From: Pseudomonadota bacterium
GTDB lineage: Bacteria; Myxococcota_A; UBA9042; GCA-2863065
Assembly: GCA_947498315.1 (NCBI GenBank)
Contig: CANMLD010000001.1
Location: forward strand, 38,781-102,780
DNA length: 64,000 bases
Reading direction: 5' to 3'
Shown here in pieces: positions 12,056-21,169 of the stretch. Under the pieces are notes generated by a model. That model saw nothing but the letters and a program-made list of their open reading frames with translations, ran no database searches and was not told the origin of the DNA. A program made the translations under genes and the position numbers. Within the stretch, counting starts at the first letter, position 1, and every line of letters starts with the position of its first letter.

Positions 12056-12885
12056 GCATCTACACCACCCGCTACCAGGGCTACGATGGACCTCGCGAAG
12101 CGCCCTCGACCCGTTTCCTGGCCATCGCCGAAAACGAGCTGCGCCGCTTCCTACAGGAGAAGTGGGCCAAACGCCTGGTCCTTCTGGCGTGGACGCCTGT
12201 CATCTTCCTGGCCGGCTGGCTCTACCTCGCCCTCATCCTGAAGAAGGTCTCGGGCGTGGAAGGGCCGTCGCTCCTGGTCTACGACTACCTCTTCCGCTCT
12301 GAGCTCTTCTTCATCGCGGTGATGTTGGCTGCGTTCGGGGCTGGCGTCATCGTTCGCGACATCGACTCGAAGGCGCTCACGCTCTACTTCACGAGGCCGA
12401 TCGACGCGGGGCAATATCACCTGGGCAAGCTCATCGCGACCGGGGCGCTCGTCCTGGTCGTGACCATGGTGCCTGGTCTCCTGCTTGCCGTTGCCCAACA
12501 CGCCATGGCAGAAGAGTTTCGTCCACTCGAGCTCCTCGACGGGCTCTGGCGTATCGCCGTCTGTTCGTTCGGGATCGCGTTCACCGGCGGCAACCTCATC
12601 CTCCTCCTCTCGTCTACTGGCTGGTCTTCGCGGTACGTTGGCGCAGCCTGGCTCGGCGCATTCACCCTCGCCGAGGTCATCCGCGGCGTGCTGGTCACGG
12701 GGCTCGGCTCGCAGCCGATGCTCGACCTCATCAGTCTCGGTCGCCTCTTCACCGGCTCCGTCGAGTACCTCTTCGCCGGCCGCAGCGATCAGCTCCCGGC
12801 GCTGGTGTCGCTCTACGCGCTGGGCGTCTTCTTCTTCGTTTGGCTTCGCTTCCGCATCATCGCGCTCGAGCGGGGCAAGTCATGA
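12052..12885 (+). CDS. ABC-2 type transporter permease
   Basis: The 277 aa product has six hydrophobic segments. It is translationally coupled to the flanking ATPase genes by an ATGA overlap at both ends. Confidence 0.75.
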   Translation: MSIYTTRYQGYDGPREAPSTRFLAIAENELRRFLQEKWAKRLVLLAWTPVIFLAGWLYLALILKKVSGVEGPSLLVYDYLFRSELFFIAVMLAAFGAGVIVRDIDSKALTLYFTRPIDAGQYHLGKLIATGALVLVVTMVPGLLLAVAQHAMAEEFRPLELLDGLWRIAVCSFGIAFTGGNLILLLSSTGWSSRYVGAAWLGAFTLAEVIRGVLVTGLGSQPMLDLISLGRLFTGSVEYLFAGRSDQLPALVSLYALGVFFFVWLRFRIIALERGKS

Positions 12886-13871
12886 GTGACGCCGCGACGC
12901 TCAGCCACGGCCCTTCCCTGGTGAAGAGCGCCACCCCAAGCGACCGCCTCACGATCGCCGCCAGCGGACTTTCGCGTTGGTATGGCCAGGTCATCGCGCT
13001 CAACGACGTCACCGTCGGACTTCGCTCCGGCGTGACGGGGCTGCTCGGCCCCAACGGCGCAGGCAAGACCACCTTCCTTCGCCTCGTGGTCGGCCTGGTG
13101 CGGCCGACAGGCGGCCACGTGAAGGTCCTCGGCCAGGATCCATTCACTACGGTCGAAGGCCGACGCCAGCTAGGCTACTGCCCCGAGCATGACCACTTCT
13201 ACGAGGACATGACCGGTCTCGAGTTCGTCACGCTGATGACGCGCCTCCTCGGCTTCTCTGCCGCGGACGCCAAGAAGCGGGCCACGATCGCGCTCGAGCG
13301 CGTCCGTCTCGACGGCGACGATGCACGTCGCAAGCCCCTGTCGCACTACTCGAAAGGCATGCGGCAGAAGACCAAGATCGCGCAGGCTCTCGCCCACGAG
13401 CCGGACATCATCGTGCTCGACGAGCCGCTCACCGGCGCTGATCCGGTGAGCCGTCACGAGATCAGCGAACTCACCAAAGAGCTCGGTCGGCTTGGCCACA
13501 CGGTCGTGGTTTCCAGCCACATCCTCCACGAAGTCGAGCGCGTCACGCAGAACTTCGTCCTCATCGATCACGGCCGCCTCCTCGCTGAAGGCAACGTGAC
13601 CGAGATCCGGAACCTCATCGACAAACACCCGCACCGAATTCAGATCGTGTGCGACCGCCCGCGCGATCTGGCCGCCACTCTCGCGCGCATCCCGGACATC
13701 GCCGGTCTCGACCTGCCCCCTGATGGCACCCTCACCGTGCTGACCCGGCGCCCCGACGCGTGTTATGGCGCCATCGCTCGTCTCGCGGTCGAGAGTGGCA
13801 TCACCATCCGAAAGCTGACGTCACCCGACAACAACCTCGATGCGGTCTTCCGCTACCTCACGAGGCGCTGA
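12882..13871 (+). CDS. ABC transporter ATP-binding protein, second copy
   Basis: Walker A is LLGPNGAGKTT, the signature-like motif is YSKGMRQKTKIAQAL and Walker B is IIVLDEPLTGAD. The start is an ATG overlapping the upstream stop (MSDAATL...). Confidence 0.9.
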   Translation: MSDAATLSHGPSLVKSATPSDRLTIAASGLSRWYGQVIALNDVTVGLRSGVTGLLGPNGAGKTTFLRLVVGLVRPTGGHVKVLGQDPFTTVEGRRQLGYCPEHDHFYEDMTGLEFVTLMTRLLGFSAADAKKRATIALERVRLDGDDARRKPLSHYSKGMRQKTKIAQALAHEPDIIVLDEPLTGADPVSRHEISELTKELGRLGHTVVVSSHILHEVERVTQNFVLIDHGRLLAEGNVTEIRNLIDKHPHRIQIVCDRPRDLAATLARIPDIAGLDLPPDGTLTVLTRRPDACYGAIARLAVESGITIRKLTSPDNNLDAVFRYLTRR

Positions 13872-13873
13872 CC

Positions 13874-14599
13874 GTGTTTGCGTTACTCGCCGCCCGCGTC
13901 TACGCCACGACGGTCCTCTTCCGGTCGCGCTCGGCGTGGCTTGCTATGGCCGTGCTCACCAGCGCCGCCGTCGCCATCCCCCTTGGCCAGGGCAACCCGG
14001 GCCAGGCCTTCCCGATGATCGCTCGTGAGCTCACGCTTGGCTTCCTGATGCCGCTCCTCGCGATGCTCTTCGGCACGGCGGTCATTCGCGAAGACATCGA
14101 ACGCGGCACACTCGGCTACTGGCTGACACGGCCCATCCACCGTCGCACCTACCTGCTCGCCCGCTTCGCTGTCGCGTGGGCCGCCGTCTTCGCGCTGACC
14201 GCCGTCGGGCTCGTGCTCGACGCGCTCGTCCTCGCCGCGCCGCCGTCGCAGTTCATGAGCGCACTAGCCGCCGGCGTCGGGGGCAGCCTCGCCTACACGG
14301 CGTTCTTTACGGCGCTCGGCGCCCTCGTGAAGCGCCCCTTCGTGGTGGGGGTCGTGGCGATGCTCTTCGTGGACGCGCCGGTGTCGCAGCTCCCCATGGC
14401 GGCTCGATATTTCACCATCCGCGGCCACGTCGAAAACCTCGGCGACATCTCTTGGATCCCGCCGCAGTTCATGAGCGCGCTCCTCGACGCGCCGAGCGCC
14501 ATCTACTCCGTCGCGGTCCTCGCAGGCGTCTCCGGCGCGGCGCTTGTGCTCGCGTTGCTCAAGTTTCAACAGTCGGAGTTCACAGGCGCCGAGACCTGA
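13874..14599 (+). CDS. ABC-2 type transporter permease, second copy
   Basis: The GTG start lies 3 nt after the upstream TGA (MFALLAARVY...). The product is multi-pass hydrophobic. Confidence 0.7.
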   Translation: MFALLAARVYATTVLFRSRSAWLAMAVLTSAAVAIPLGQGNPGQAFPMIARELTLGFLMPLLAMLFGTAVIREDIERGTLGYWLTRPIHRRTYLLARFAVAWAAVFALTAVGLVLDALVLAAPPSQFMSALAAGVGGSLAYTAFFTALGALVKRPFVVGVVAMLFVDAPVSQLPMAARYFTIRGHVENLGDISWIPPQFMSALLDAPSAIYSVAVLAGVSGAALVLALLKFQQSEFTGAET

Positions 14600-14684
14600 T
14601 CGTCGTCACGAGCCCGCGCGATCTGGCCGAACGCCTGCGAAATCAGAGTCTTCTCGGTGGTGCGCCCAACTTGCTCTCCTAGAA

Positions 14685-15239
14685 ATGTGTCTGCATGGAC
14701 TCGCGGCGCGCAGGTCACCGCCAGCCGCAATCACTGCAGCCCGTGCCAAGCGAACACCCGCCGCCGTTTCTCGGGATGGTCAGGCCGCGTTGCACTCCAT
14801 TGCATCGCTGCCCGACGCCGTGTTGCCTGACACGGCCGAAGCGCTCGTGTTCTCCGGCACCCCGTTTGACGTTGTCACTGAGCTCCGCGATGCGTCGCTC
14901 CTCATCCGAGATGGACATCGCCTGCTGAAGATCTTGGTCGACGCGCCTACGTCCATCCCCTCGAGACCACTTAGTGAAGATGCGCTGGTATCCGCGCTCT
15001 GGCTAGGCGAGAAGATGTCGCCGGCCGCCGCCACGAACCGCTTGCACAACGCGCTCTCATTACTCCAAAAGTCCGGCCTGAAGGACCGCATCGTCTTCAC
15101 CACCGACGGCTATCTTCTCGAGCCCAGCGGCTACTTCCACGTGCTCCCTCCAGCTTCGCAAGTGCTCGCGCGACGGCGCGCGGTCCTGTTTCGAGACGGG
15201 GCGGCTACACCTGCTCAGGGCCTGGCCGACGGCCAGTGA
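14685..15239 (+). CDS. Small winged-helix (OmpR/SARP-type trans_reg_C-like) putative transcriptional regulator
   Basis: ...EDALVSALWLGEKMSPAAATNRLHNALSLLQKSGL resembles the trans_reg_C/BTAD recognition region (ALWgE.pp..a.N.L...VS.LRk.L). The start is uncertain: the tracked ORF starts at 14544, and ATG 14685 was chosen because it lies after the permease stop. Confidence 0.4.
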   Translation: MCLHGLAARRSPPAAITAARAKRTPAAVSRDGQAALHSIASLPDAVLPDTAEALVFSGTPFDVVTELRDASLLIRDGHRLLKILVDAPTSIPSRPLSEDALVSALWLGEKMSPAAATNRLHNALSLLQKSGLKDRIVFTTDGYLLEPSGYFHVLPPASQVLARRRAVLFRDGAATPAQGLADGQ

Positions 15240-15353
15240 GCGAGTTGAGACCGCCGCGCCCGCGGCCAGTTCCAAGTCCTACGGCAGGCTCTGCACCTTC
15301 CCCCCAAGGCCGGCTCTCCAGGTGTTTCTTTATGAATGAACGTTTTGGACGTT

Positions 15354-15366
15354 TTGTCCTGGACAA
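15354..15366. promoter_or_regulatory. Palindrome TTGTCC-T-GGACAA in the AT-rich promoter region of the fasciclin gene
   Basis: It lies inside a sharply AT-enriched 15300-15430 segment, which is unusual in this GC-rich window, about 70 nt upstream of the fasciclin start. Direct repeats gttttggac and gttttgtcctggac flank it. Confidence 0.25.
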
Positions 15367-15432
15367 GGGCCCGAGCGCGGGCTAAGATTCCGGCGTCCGA
15401 AGTGCAAAAACAAAAATACTATGGAGCATCAG

Positions 15433-15912
15433 ATGAAAATCGTTCTTATGACCGTCGCTATGGCCTTCATCTCTTCCGTTGGCTTCGCAGCAGACAAGCC
15501 CAAGACCATCGTGGACGTCGCGGTCGAGGCAGGCAGCTTCGGGACGCTCGTCACCGCTGTGAAAGCTGCCGGGCTCGTAGAGACCTTGAGCGGGCCTGGC
15601 CCCTTCACGGTGTTCGCGCCCACTGATGCTGCGTTCGCGAAGATTCCGAAGGCGACTCTGGACGCGCTTCTAGCCGACAAGGCGAAGCTGACGGCGGTGC
15701 TGACGTATCACGTGGTCGCGGGGAAGGTCCTCGCAGCCGACGTCGTGAAGCTCAAGAGCGCTAAGACGGTCGCTGGGGCAGACGTCACGATCTCAGCGGG
15801 TGCAGACGTGGTCCTCAACGGCACGTCGAAGGTCACGAAGACCGACATTGCGGCGTCCAACGGCGTGATTCACGTCATCGACACCGTCCTGATGCCGCCG
15901 GCCGCTAAGTAG
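15433..15912 (+). CDS. Secreted fasciclin (FAS1) domain protein
   Basis: GGAG lies 6 nt upstream of the ATG. The signal peptide is [23 protein letters not shown]1 motifs [19 protein letters not shown] and [11 protein letters not shown] are present. Confidence 0.9.
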   Translation: MKIVLMTVAMAFISSVGFAADKPKTIVDVAVEAGSFGTLVTAVKAAGLVETLSGPGPFTVFAPTDAAFAKIPKATLDALLADKAKLTAVLTYHVVAGKVLAADVVKLKSAKTVAGADVTISAGADVVLNGTSKVTKTDIAASNGVIHVIDTVLMPPAAK

Positions 15913-15950
15913 GTAGACGCGAGAGCACCCGAGGGGTAGGAGTCGCATCC

Positions 15951-16802
15951 ATGTGTGAGCTTGCCCCTCAGCATCTCAGTACCGTCGCCGTCGCCGCCGC
16001 CATGGGCGTGGGCGAGTCGTCGGTGAAACGATGGGTCGACATGGGCGTCTTGTCTGCAACCAAGACGCCCGGCGGCCATCGTCGCATCTCCGTTGGTGAT
16101 CTCTACCGCTTCCTCGTGTCTACCGGCAAAACGCTGGCCGACCCGAGTGCCGTGGGGTTGTCGAACGAGTTGGGTGCCAGCATCTCGACTTACAGAGCGG
16201 CCTGTCGGGACGCTCTTGCTCTGGGCGACCCTCGGGCGCTGGAGAGCGCTATCCATATAATGCGCCTCTCGGGCATGACGGGTACGTCAGTCACCGAAGA
16301 CGTTCTCTATCCCGCATTTGGAGACGTCCGCTCCTCCTGCTCGCACCCGAGCGAGGAATGTCGGATTCTTCATCGCGCCCTCTTACTCATCCAACACGCG
16401 ATGCCTGCAGCGCTTTTCCCAGGCAACCGGACACCCCCGAATGGATGCCTACGCGTGGTGTATGCGGACATTGGCTATGAAGTCGACGCAGCACCAACAT
16501 TCTTCGCCGAGGCGAGCTTGTGGGACGTGGCTGAGGGGCTCCAGCTCGGCGTGGGTGTCCCCCGATTGGTCATCGAAGGCGCACTCGAGCCCTTCAGGGC
16601 GGACACGTTATGGCTCTCCGCGTCCGGACCGCGCGGCCGTTCCGATCTCGAAGCCGACTGGTCGTCCATTGCCACACGCGCCGCAGCGCTGAATGTCAAG
16701 GTCTACGCCTTCGGGAACCTTGCCGAGCGACTTACGTCGGGGGGACAGGTGCTTGTTACGAGCTTCAGTGATTTCCGAGCGCGGACTCTCAGCGCCCTCT
16801 AG
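15951..16802 (+). CDS. MerR/excisionase-type HTH DNA-binding protein with a C-terminal domain of unknown function
   Basis: The N-terminus LSTVAVAAAMGVGESSVKRWVDMGVLSATKTPGGHRRISVGDLYRFL matches the Xis/MerR-family HTH (TIGR01764-like). The C-terminal about 200 aa have a Rossmann-like alternation of strands but no B12-binding DxHxxG motif. Confidence 0.65.
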   Translation: MCELAPQHLSTVAVAAAMGVGESSVKRWVDMGVLSATKTPGGHRRISVGDLYRFLVSTGKTLADPSAVGLSNELGASISTYRAACRDALALGDPRALESAIHIMRLSGMTGTSVTEDVLYPAFGDVRSSCSHPSEECRILHRALLLIQHAMPAALFPGNRTPPNGCLRVVYADIGYEVDAAPTFFAEASLWDVAEGLQLGVGVPRLVIEGALEPFRADTLWLSASGPRGRSDLEADWSSIATRAAALNVKVYAFGNLAERLTSGGQVLVTSFSDFRARTLSAL

Positions 16803-16912
16803 CAGCACCGCAATTCATCCCAGCGGCCCCTGACTTCCAGTGGCTGGACACGCCAGTGGTCGTCGGCCTCTCAGCTCCGCAGCCTAACCTCCTGAAACGA
16901 AAAGAAAACGCG

Positions 16913-19900
16913 TTACCGATTGTTCGGGCGGCGCATCCGGCGCCGGCGCCAAAGTATGGCGGTCAAGGCCAGCATCGCGACCAGCAGCCCACCGTGGTTT
17001 CGGTGAGTAGAGCCCGACGCACAACCGCCGTCGCCCGTCGTGAACCCTGGGCGGACGTCGCCGGCACCGACGTCATCGCTTTGGGCGTCATCCGCCCTGA
17101 CGACGCTGGCAGCGTCTTCGGTGGTCATGGTGTCGCCGGCAACAGAGGCGTCTTCCACGACGCTCTGTGCGTCGAGCCCCGTGGCGTCGGGGATGTGGTT
17201 GGCGTCGCCGTCGCCTTCGAGGTCGTCGCTCGTCTCAACCGGTTCCGGTGCGTCCATAGGGGTGGCGGCGTCCCCATCGACGTCGATCTCGCTGACGGTG
17301 TCGCCCGGATCGTCGCCGGTCGCGACGTCTTCCACTGGATCGCCATCGTCGGTGTCGCCTGCTCCCACGCCCCCCGCGCCCACGTCCCCTGTCTCAGCGT
17401 CCCCTGTCTCAGCGTCCCCTGTCTCAGCGTCCCCTGTCTCCACGTCGCCGCTCAGGTCGTCCACCCACGGCGGCGCGAGCGGGTCGAAGACCCGAACGGG
17501 GACCGACATCTCAAAGGCCCCGGGGGCGGCGGACGCGGTGATGGCCCCGTCGCCCGGCAGCGCCGACGGGGTCCAGGTGGCGAGCCACACGCCGACGCCC
17601 GCATACCGCAGCTCCTCGATGCCGCCGATAGACGTCGTAATCGCCATGGGCACTGCGCTGCCGACCACGCGCCCGTTCGGTAGGCGCGGCGTAAAGCGCA
17701 CCTCCGCCTCGGCCGTCGACGCCATCGGCAGTTTGTCTGGGAGCACGGTGAAGGTCGAGAGCGCTGCCGACAGCGCCGTGGGTGGGGCCGGGGCCGGCAA
17801 TACCTCGACTTCGCAGACGACGCCGAGGTCCACGCCATTGAGGAGCACTCGGTGTTGGGCGAGCCCAGGCTCGGTTCCAGTGCGGACCACGATCTGATGG
17901 CGGTCGTCGGCAGACCACTTCTCTGGAGAGTCGACCGACGCCCCCAGCGCTGGCACGAGGCTGGGCGGTGGGCCGTCGGTCGGGATGGGGTTTCCATAGT
18001 GATCACGGAGAAATACGAGCGCGGTTAGCGTGTCGACACCGTCGGCGTACGCCGTCGCCATACTCACGCCACATTCCGAGAGTGAGGCGCTGATCTCAGC
18101 GGGGAGCTCGTCCGCCGATGCGAGCACGGTGAGCGGTTGCGCGGGGCCGAGCGCTTGCCCATCGATGCGAAGCTGCATGATGGCCCCGGGCGCGATGGCC
18201 GAGAGCGGGAACGATGCGAGTGCCTGACCGCCGTTCGTGTTCAAGGTGAGCTTGTCGACGGGGACGCCGTCCACGTCGAGGGTATAGGTGAGGCTCCCCA
18301 TCACGGGCGCGGCGCCATTGACGTCCCGGAGGAGCACCACCGCGTTCATCGACTTGGCCTCGGTCGACGGGAGCTGGAGGCGACCCCCCATACGGCTCCG
18401 AGAGAAGGCGGGGTCGAAGGGGGCCGCGACGGGCCGCACCCAAGAGGCGAGCGGCGCCACAGGGGCGTCCGCAGCCGCCACCGCCAAGGTCACAGTCCCT
18501 GTGGCGCTCGGCAGGTACTCGGCCGTCAGCTCGCCCTCGTCCAGGCCGGTGGACAGCGTCGCGCCGTCCGCCGTGAGCACGAACGACTCTGGTGCCTGGC
18601 CCTCCGGGACCCGGACCCGGAGCTGTACCCCCTTGCCGGCCACTAGGTGCTGCGGCTGGGTCCAGAGCGAATGGGAGGGCGCCGTCGTCGTGATCGCGAC
18701 CGGCCAAGGCAGCCCCGCGATAGTGAGCACGAGGCGCGTCGAGTCTGGGGCCGTCGTGGTCCACTCAGCGCCCGTCCAGGTCGTGGGCACGTCGGTGCCG
18801 TGATCCGCGCGAGAGAGCGTCAGGCCGGCGTTCACGAGCTGCCCAGCCGCGTCGCGTGGCGTCAGCGTCATGGACCCGTCGCTCGTCGCCACGATCCAGT
18901 CCGGCTCAGTGAGCGTCGTGCTCGCGCCCATCACCGCGTCGTGGAGGGTCGTCGTGCCGGAAGGCCAACGGGCCCGCAGGCCGACGGCGGCGCCGGCAGG
19001 GCACCCCGGGATGGACACATGGAGATCGAGGGCCGGCCGGCTCGCCAAGGGCCCGCCGCCAGGTTTGTGAAAACGCCGCGACTCGCCGTTGCAGGTGGCG
19101 GTGAGCAAGAGACCGCTGGCCGAAGGGCCGGTCTCCGTTGCACGCGCCCTTACCCGGAGGGGCACGGCCCCGCTGTCCCGTCGCATGACGGAGAGCCGTC
19201 CGTCGGCGTGGGCGATGACGAGCTCGGGGCGGCCGTCGCCGTCGAGGTCGCCGATGGTCGCGCCCCGGGCGAAGTTGTTCGGCGTGAGGGGGAAGACCAC
19301 GTCTGGTGGGTCGAGTGCGAAGGAGCCGTCTGGCTGGGCGGCGAGCAGCACGTGAGGCATCACTTTGGCGTTCTTGATGAAGGACGCCGCCGCGATATAG
19401 CCGCCGGAGAAGAAGAGGTCGTCGCGTCCGTCGGCGTTCAGGTCGGTGAAGAGGGGCGTCCACGTCACCTGGTAGCCTTCGGGGCTCCAGACGACGGCGG
19501 CACCGAGGCCCTCCGTCACGTCGTCGTAGTGGCCGCCCACGGAGCGGGCTCGAAGGGAAGGTCGACCGATGCTCGACATGGCGAAAGCAGGGCGCTCTTC
19601 GCTCTCGCCGAGGTCGGTGACCGCGATCCCCATGCCGTAGAGCCGGTCGGCGAGGCCGAGCTCGGCGCCCCGTTCGCTGAAGCGAAGCTGTCCATCCGCG
19701 TCCGGGCCATCGTTGCTGTAGTACGCGTTTCGGGGCGAGAACTGGCCGAAGTCATTGACCTCGATGAGGTCGAGATCGAGGTCGCCGTCGACGTCCAGCA
19801 TCATCACGGCGAGCGTGCATCCTCGCCCAGTAACGCCCGCAACCGCGGCGACGTCGGTGAAGCGCCCCTGGCCGTCGTTCAAGAGGAGCGCGTTCGGCGA

Positions 19901-20434
19901 GCCAAAGTGGGCCGGGAACTGCTGTCCGCTGATGTAGTTGCCGACGTACACGTCATCGTCGCCGTCGCCGTCGATGTCGCCGACCGCGGCGCTCACGCCC
20001 CACCAGCCTTCGTGAGGCAGGTGGGTGGCGCTGACGTCTGTTAGCGTTCCGCCGTCGTTACGGAAGAGCACGTCAGGCCCGTCGCGGAGTAGGAGCACGT
20101 CGTCGTCGCCGTCCCGGTCCATGTCGAAGGCGGTGATGCCGCCGGTCTCCTCTTTTCCGACTTGCACCGCGAGCAGGCTGTCGTCCTTGATCCAGCCGGC
20201 CTCGGTCTGCCGCCAGACCCGCGGCAGCCCCCCCGTCGGGGCGTGGCCGAGGTCGAGATCGCCATCGCCGTCGAGGTCCAAGAGCGCGACGCCGGTGCCG
20301 ACCCCGCTGCCGAGCGCGCCGACCTCGCCGGCGATGCCGAGAGTCGGCGCGACGTCGGTCCAAACGACTGGCGCGGCCGCAGCGTCCAATCCGAGGAGCG
20401 AGAGCGCGGCGAAGGTGGAGACCAATCGGTTCAT
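16913..20434 (-). CDS. Large cell-surface protein with FG-GAP/VCBS (integrin-alpha-like propeller, ASPIC/UnbV-type) repeats, Ig-like regions, acidic pentapeptide repeats and a MYXO-CTERM sorting tail
   Basis: The signal peptide is MNRLVSTFAALSLLGLDAAAA. FG-GAP motifs include DLDGDGDLDL, DMDRDGDDDVLLL, GDIDGDGDDDVYVG and DLDGDGRPELVIAH. The C-terminus is ...GGCASGSTHRNHGGLLVAMLALTAILWRRRRMRR. The tracked ORF extends to 20863, but the ATG at 20434 fits the signal peptide. Confidence 0.85.
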   Translation of the reverse strand: MNRLVSTFAALSLLGLDAAAAPVVWTDVAPTLGIAGEVGALGSGVGTGVALLDLDGDGDLDLGHAPTGGLPRVWRQTEAGWIKDDSLLAVQVGKEETGGITAFDMDRDGDDDVLLLRDGPDVLFRNDGGTLTDVSATHLPHEGWWGVSAAVGDIDGDGDDDVYVGNYISGQQFPAHFGSPNALLLNDGQGRFTDVAAVAGVTGRGCTLAVMMLDVDGDLDLDLIEVNDFGQFSPRNAYYSNDGPDADGQLRFSERGAELGLADRLYGMGIAVTDLGESEERPAFAMSSIGRPSLRARSVGGHYDDVTEGLGAAVVWSPEGYQVTWTPLFTDLNADGRDDLFFSGGYIAAASFIKNAKVMPHVLLAAQPDGSFALDPPDVVFPLTPNNFARGATIGDLDGDGRPELVIAHADGRLSVMRRDSGAVPLRVRARATETGPSASGLLLTATCNGESRRFHKPGGGPLASRPALDLHVSIPGCPAGAAVGLRARWPSGTTTLHDAVMGASTTLTEPDWIVATSDGSMTLTPRDAAGQLVNAGLTLSRADHGTDVPTTWTGAEWTTTAPDSTRLVLTIAGLPWPVAITTTAPSHSLWTQPQHLVAGKGVQLRVRVPEGQAPESFVLTADGATLSTGLDEGELTAEYLPSATGTVTLAVAAADAPVAPLASWVRPVAAPFDPAFSRSRMGGRLQLPSTEAKSMNAVVLLRDVNGAAPVMGSLTYTLDVDGVPVDKLTLNTNGGQALASFPLSAIAPGAIMQLRIDGQALGPAQPLTVLASADELPAEISASLSECGVSMATAYADGVDTLTALVFLRDHYGNPIPTDGPPPSLVPALGASVDSPEKWSADDRHQIVVRTGTEPGLAQHRVLLNGVDLGVVCEVEVLPAPAPPTALSAALSTFTVLPDKLPMASTAEAEVRFTPRLPNGRVVGSAVPMAITTSIGGIEELRYAGVGVWLATWTPSALPGDGAITASAAPGAFEMSVPVRVFDPLAPPWVDDLSGDVETGDAETGDAETGDAETGDVGAGGVGAGDTDDGDPVEDVATGDDPGDTVSEIDVDGDAATPMDAPEPVETSDDLEGDGDANHIPDATGLDAQSVVEDASVAGDTMTTEDAASVVRADDAQSDDVGAGDVRPGFTTGDGGCASGSTHRNHGGLLVAMLALTAILWRRRRMRRPNNR
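17381..17446 (-). repeat. 15 bp coding tandem repeat (about 4 units) encoding ETGDA pentapeptide repeats
   Basis: The unit cgtcccctgtctcag is repeated, giving ETGDAETGDAETGDAETGD near the C-terminus of the FG-GAP protein. Confidence 0.6.
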
Positions 20435-20497
20435 CTCTCGGCAGCATAGACCTGCTTGGCCTCGGAGATCTTGCGGATCGCCACCACTCGGGGCGTC

Positions 20498-21169
20498 ATG
20501 GCGTCGCAAAGGCGCGTATTTGACCCTGGAGGACCTCTGCGACGACGCATCCCGACCTGGCTGAGCGCCGTGACGTGGGTCACTTTCGGCTTCTTTGTCT
20601 TGCTCAACGCCTACTACCGGCTGGGCGCCGGCGGCGTCTCGGTCAGCGGCGCCGACGTCTCGTTCGAGCGCCGCTTCGACGTGGAGCTCTTCGACGCCAA
20701 AGACGGCCTCGCGTTCCTGCTCACCAAGTCTGGTTCCGTCTCTCTCGTGAAGATCGAGCGCGGCGCCTTCCCGTTCTGTCCACTTTGCGGCGAGTGGGAG
20801 CCCGCCGGCTCCGTCGTCAACGTCGTCGGCTACAGCAAAGGGGCCTGGATCTACAGCGACCACGCCAGCCCCTTCTTCGAAGCCTGGAACCTCGAGACCG
20901 GCGAGTCGGTCGACCTCGACGCGTCTCTCGGACCGCTACGTGATCACCTGCCGATCGAGCTCGAAGCCGTCGGGCTCGACTACGACGCGGAGCATCGGCT
21001 CACCGACCAGCTCGTCGCGCGAGACTACCCCGCGCTGTCGCCCATCAACGAGAGCTGCGTGGTGTTCAACATGGCGTTCTTCTTGATCTTCGTGGTGCTG
21101 CTGACGATCGCCGTCACCTTCTTGCTGCGGCGGCCTGCTTCGGGCGAGGCCGGCCCCTACTCGGCCTGA
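20498..21169 (+). CDS. Hypothetical membrane protein with N- and C-terminal TM helices
   Basis: TM helices are WLSAVTWVTFGFFVLL and VVFNMAFFLIFVVLLTIAVTFLL. A CxxC pair (FCPLC) is present. The start was chosen at the internal ATG (MASQRRV...). Confidence 0.45.
   Translation: MASQRRVFDPGGPLRRRIPTWLSAVTWVTFGFFVLLNAYYRLGAGGVSVSGADVSFERRFDVELFDAKDGLAFLLTKSGSVSLVKIERGAFPFCPLCGEWEPAGSVVNVVGYSKGAWIYSDHASPFFEAWNLETGESVDLDASLGPLRDHLPIELEAVGLDYDAEHRLTDQLVARDYPALSPINESCVVFNMAFFLIFVVLLTIAVTFLLRRPASGEAGPYSA

Noticed and set aside
15951-16802. CarH-like B12-dependent photoregulator call for the MerR-HTH protein
   Set aside because: The B12-binding DxHxxG motif is not found. It is kept as an HTH protein with an unknown effector domain.
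18647-20044. 465 aa plus-strand ORF
   Set aside because: It is antisense to the FG-GAP/MYXO-CTERM protein gene. Its composition is Arg/Gly-rich with no domain.
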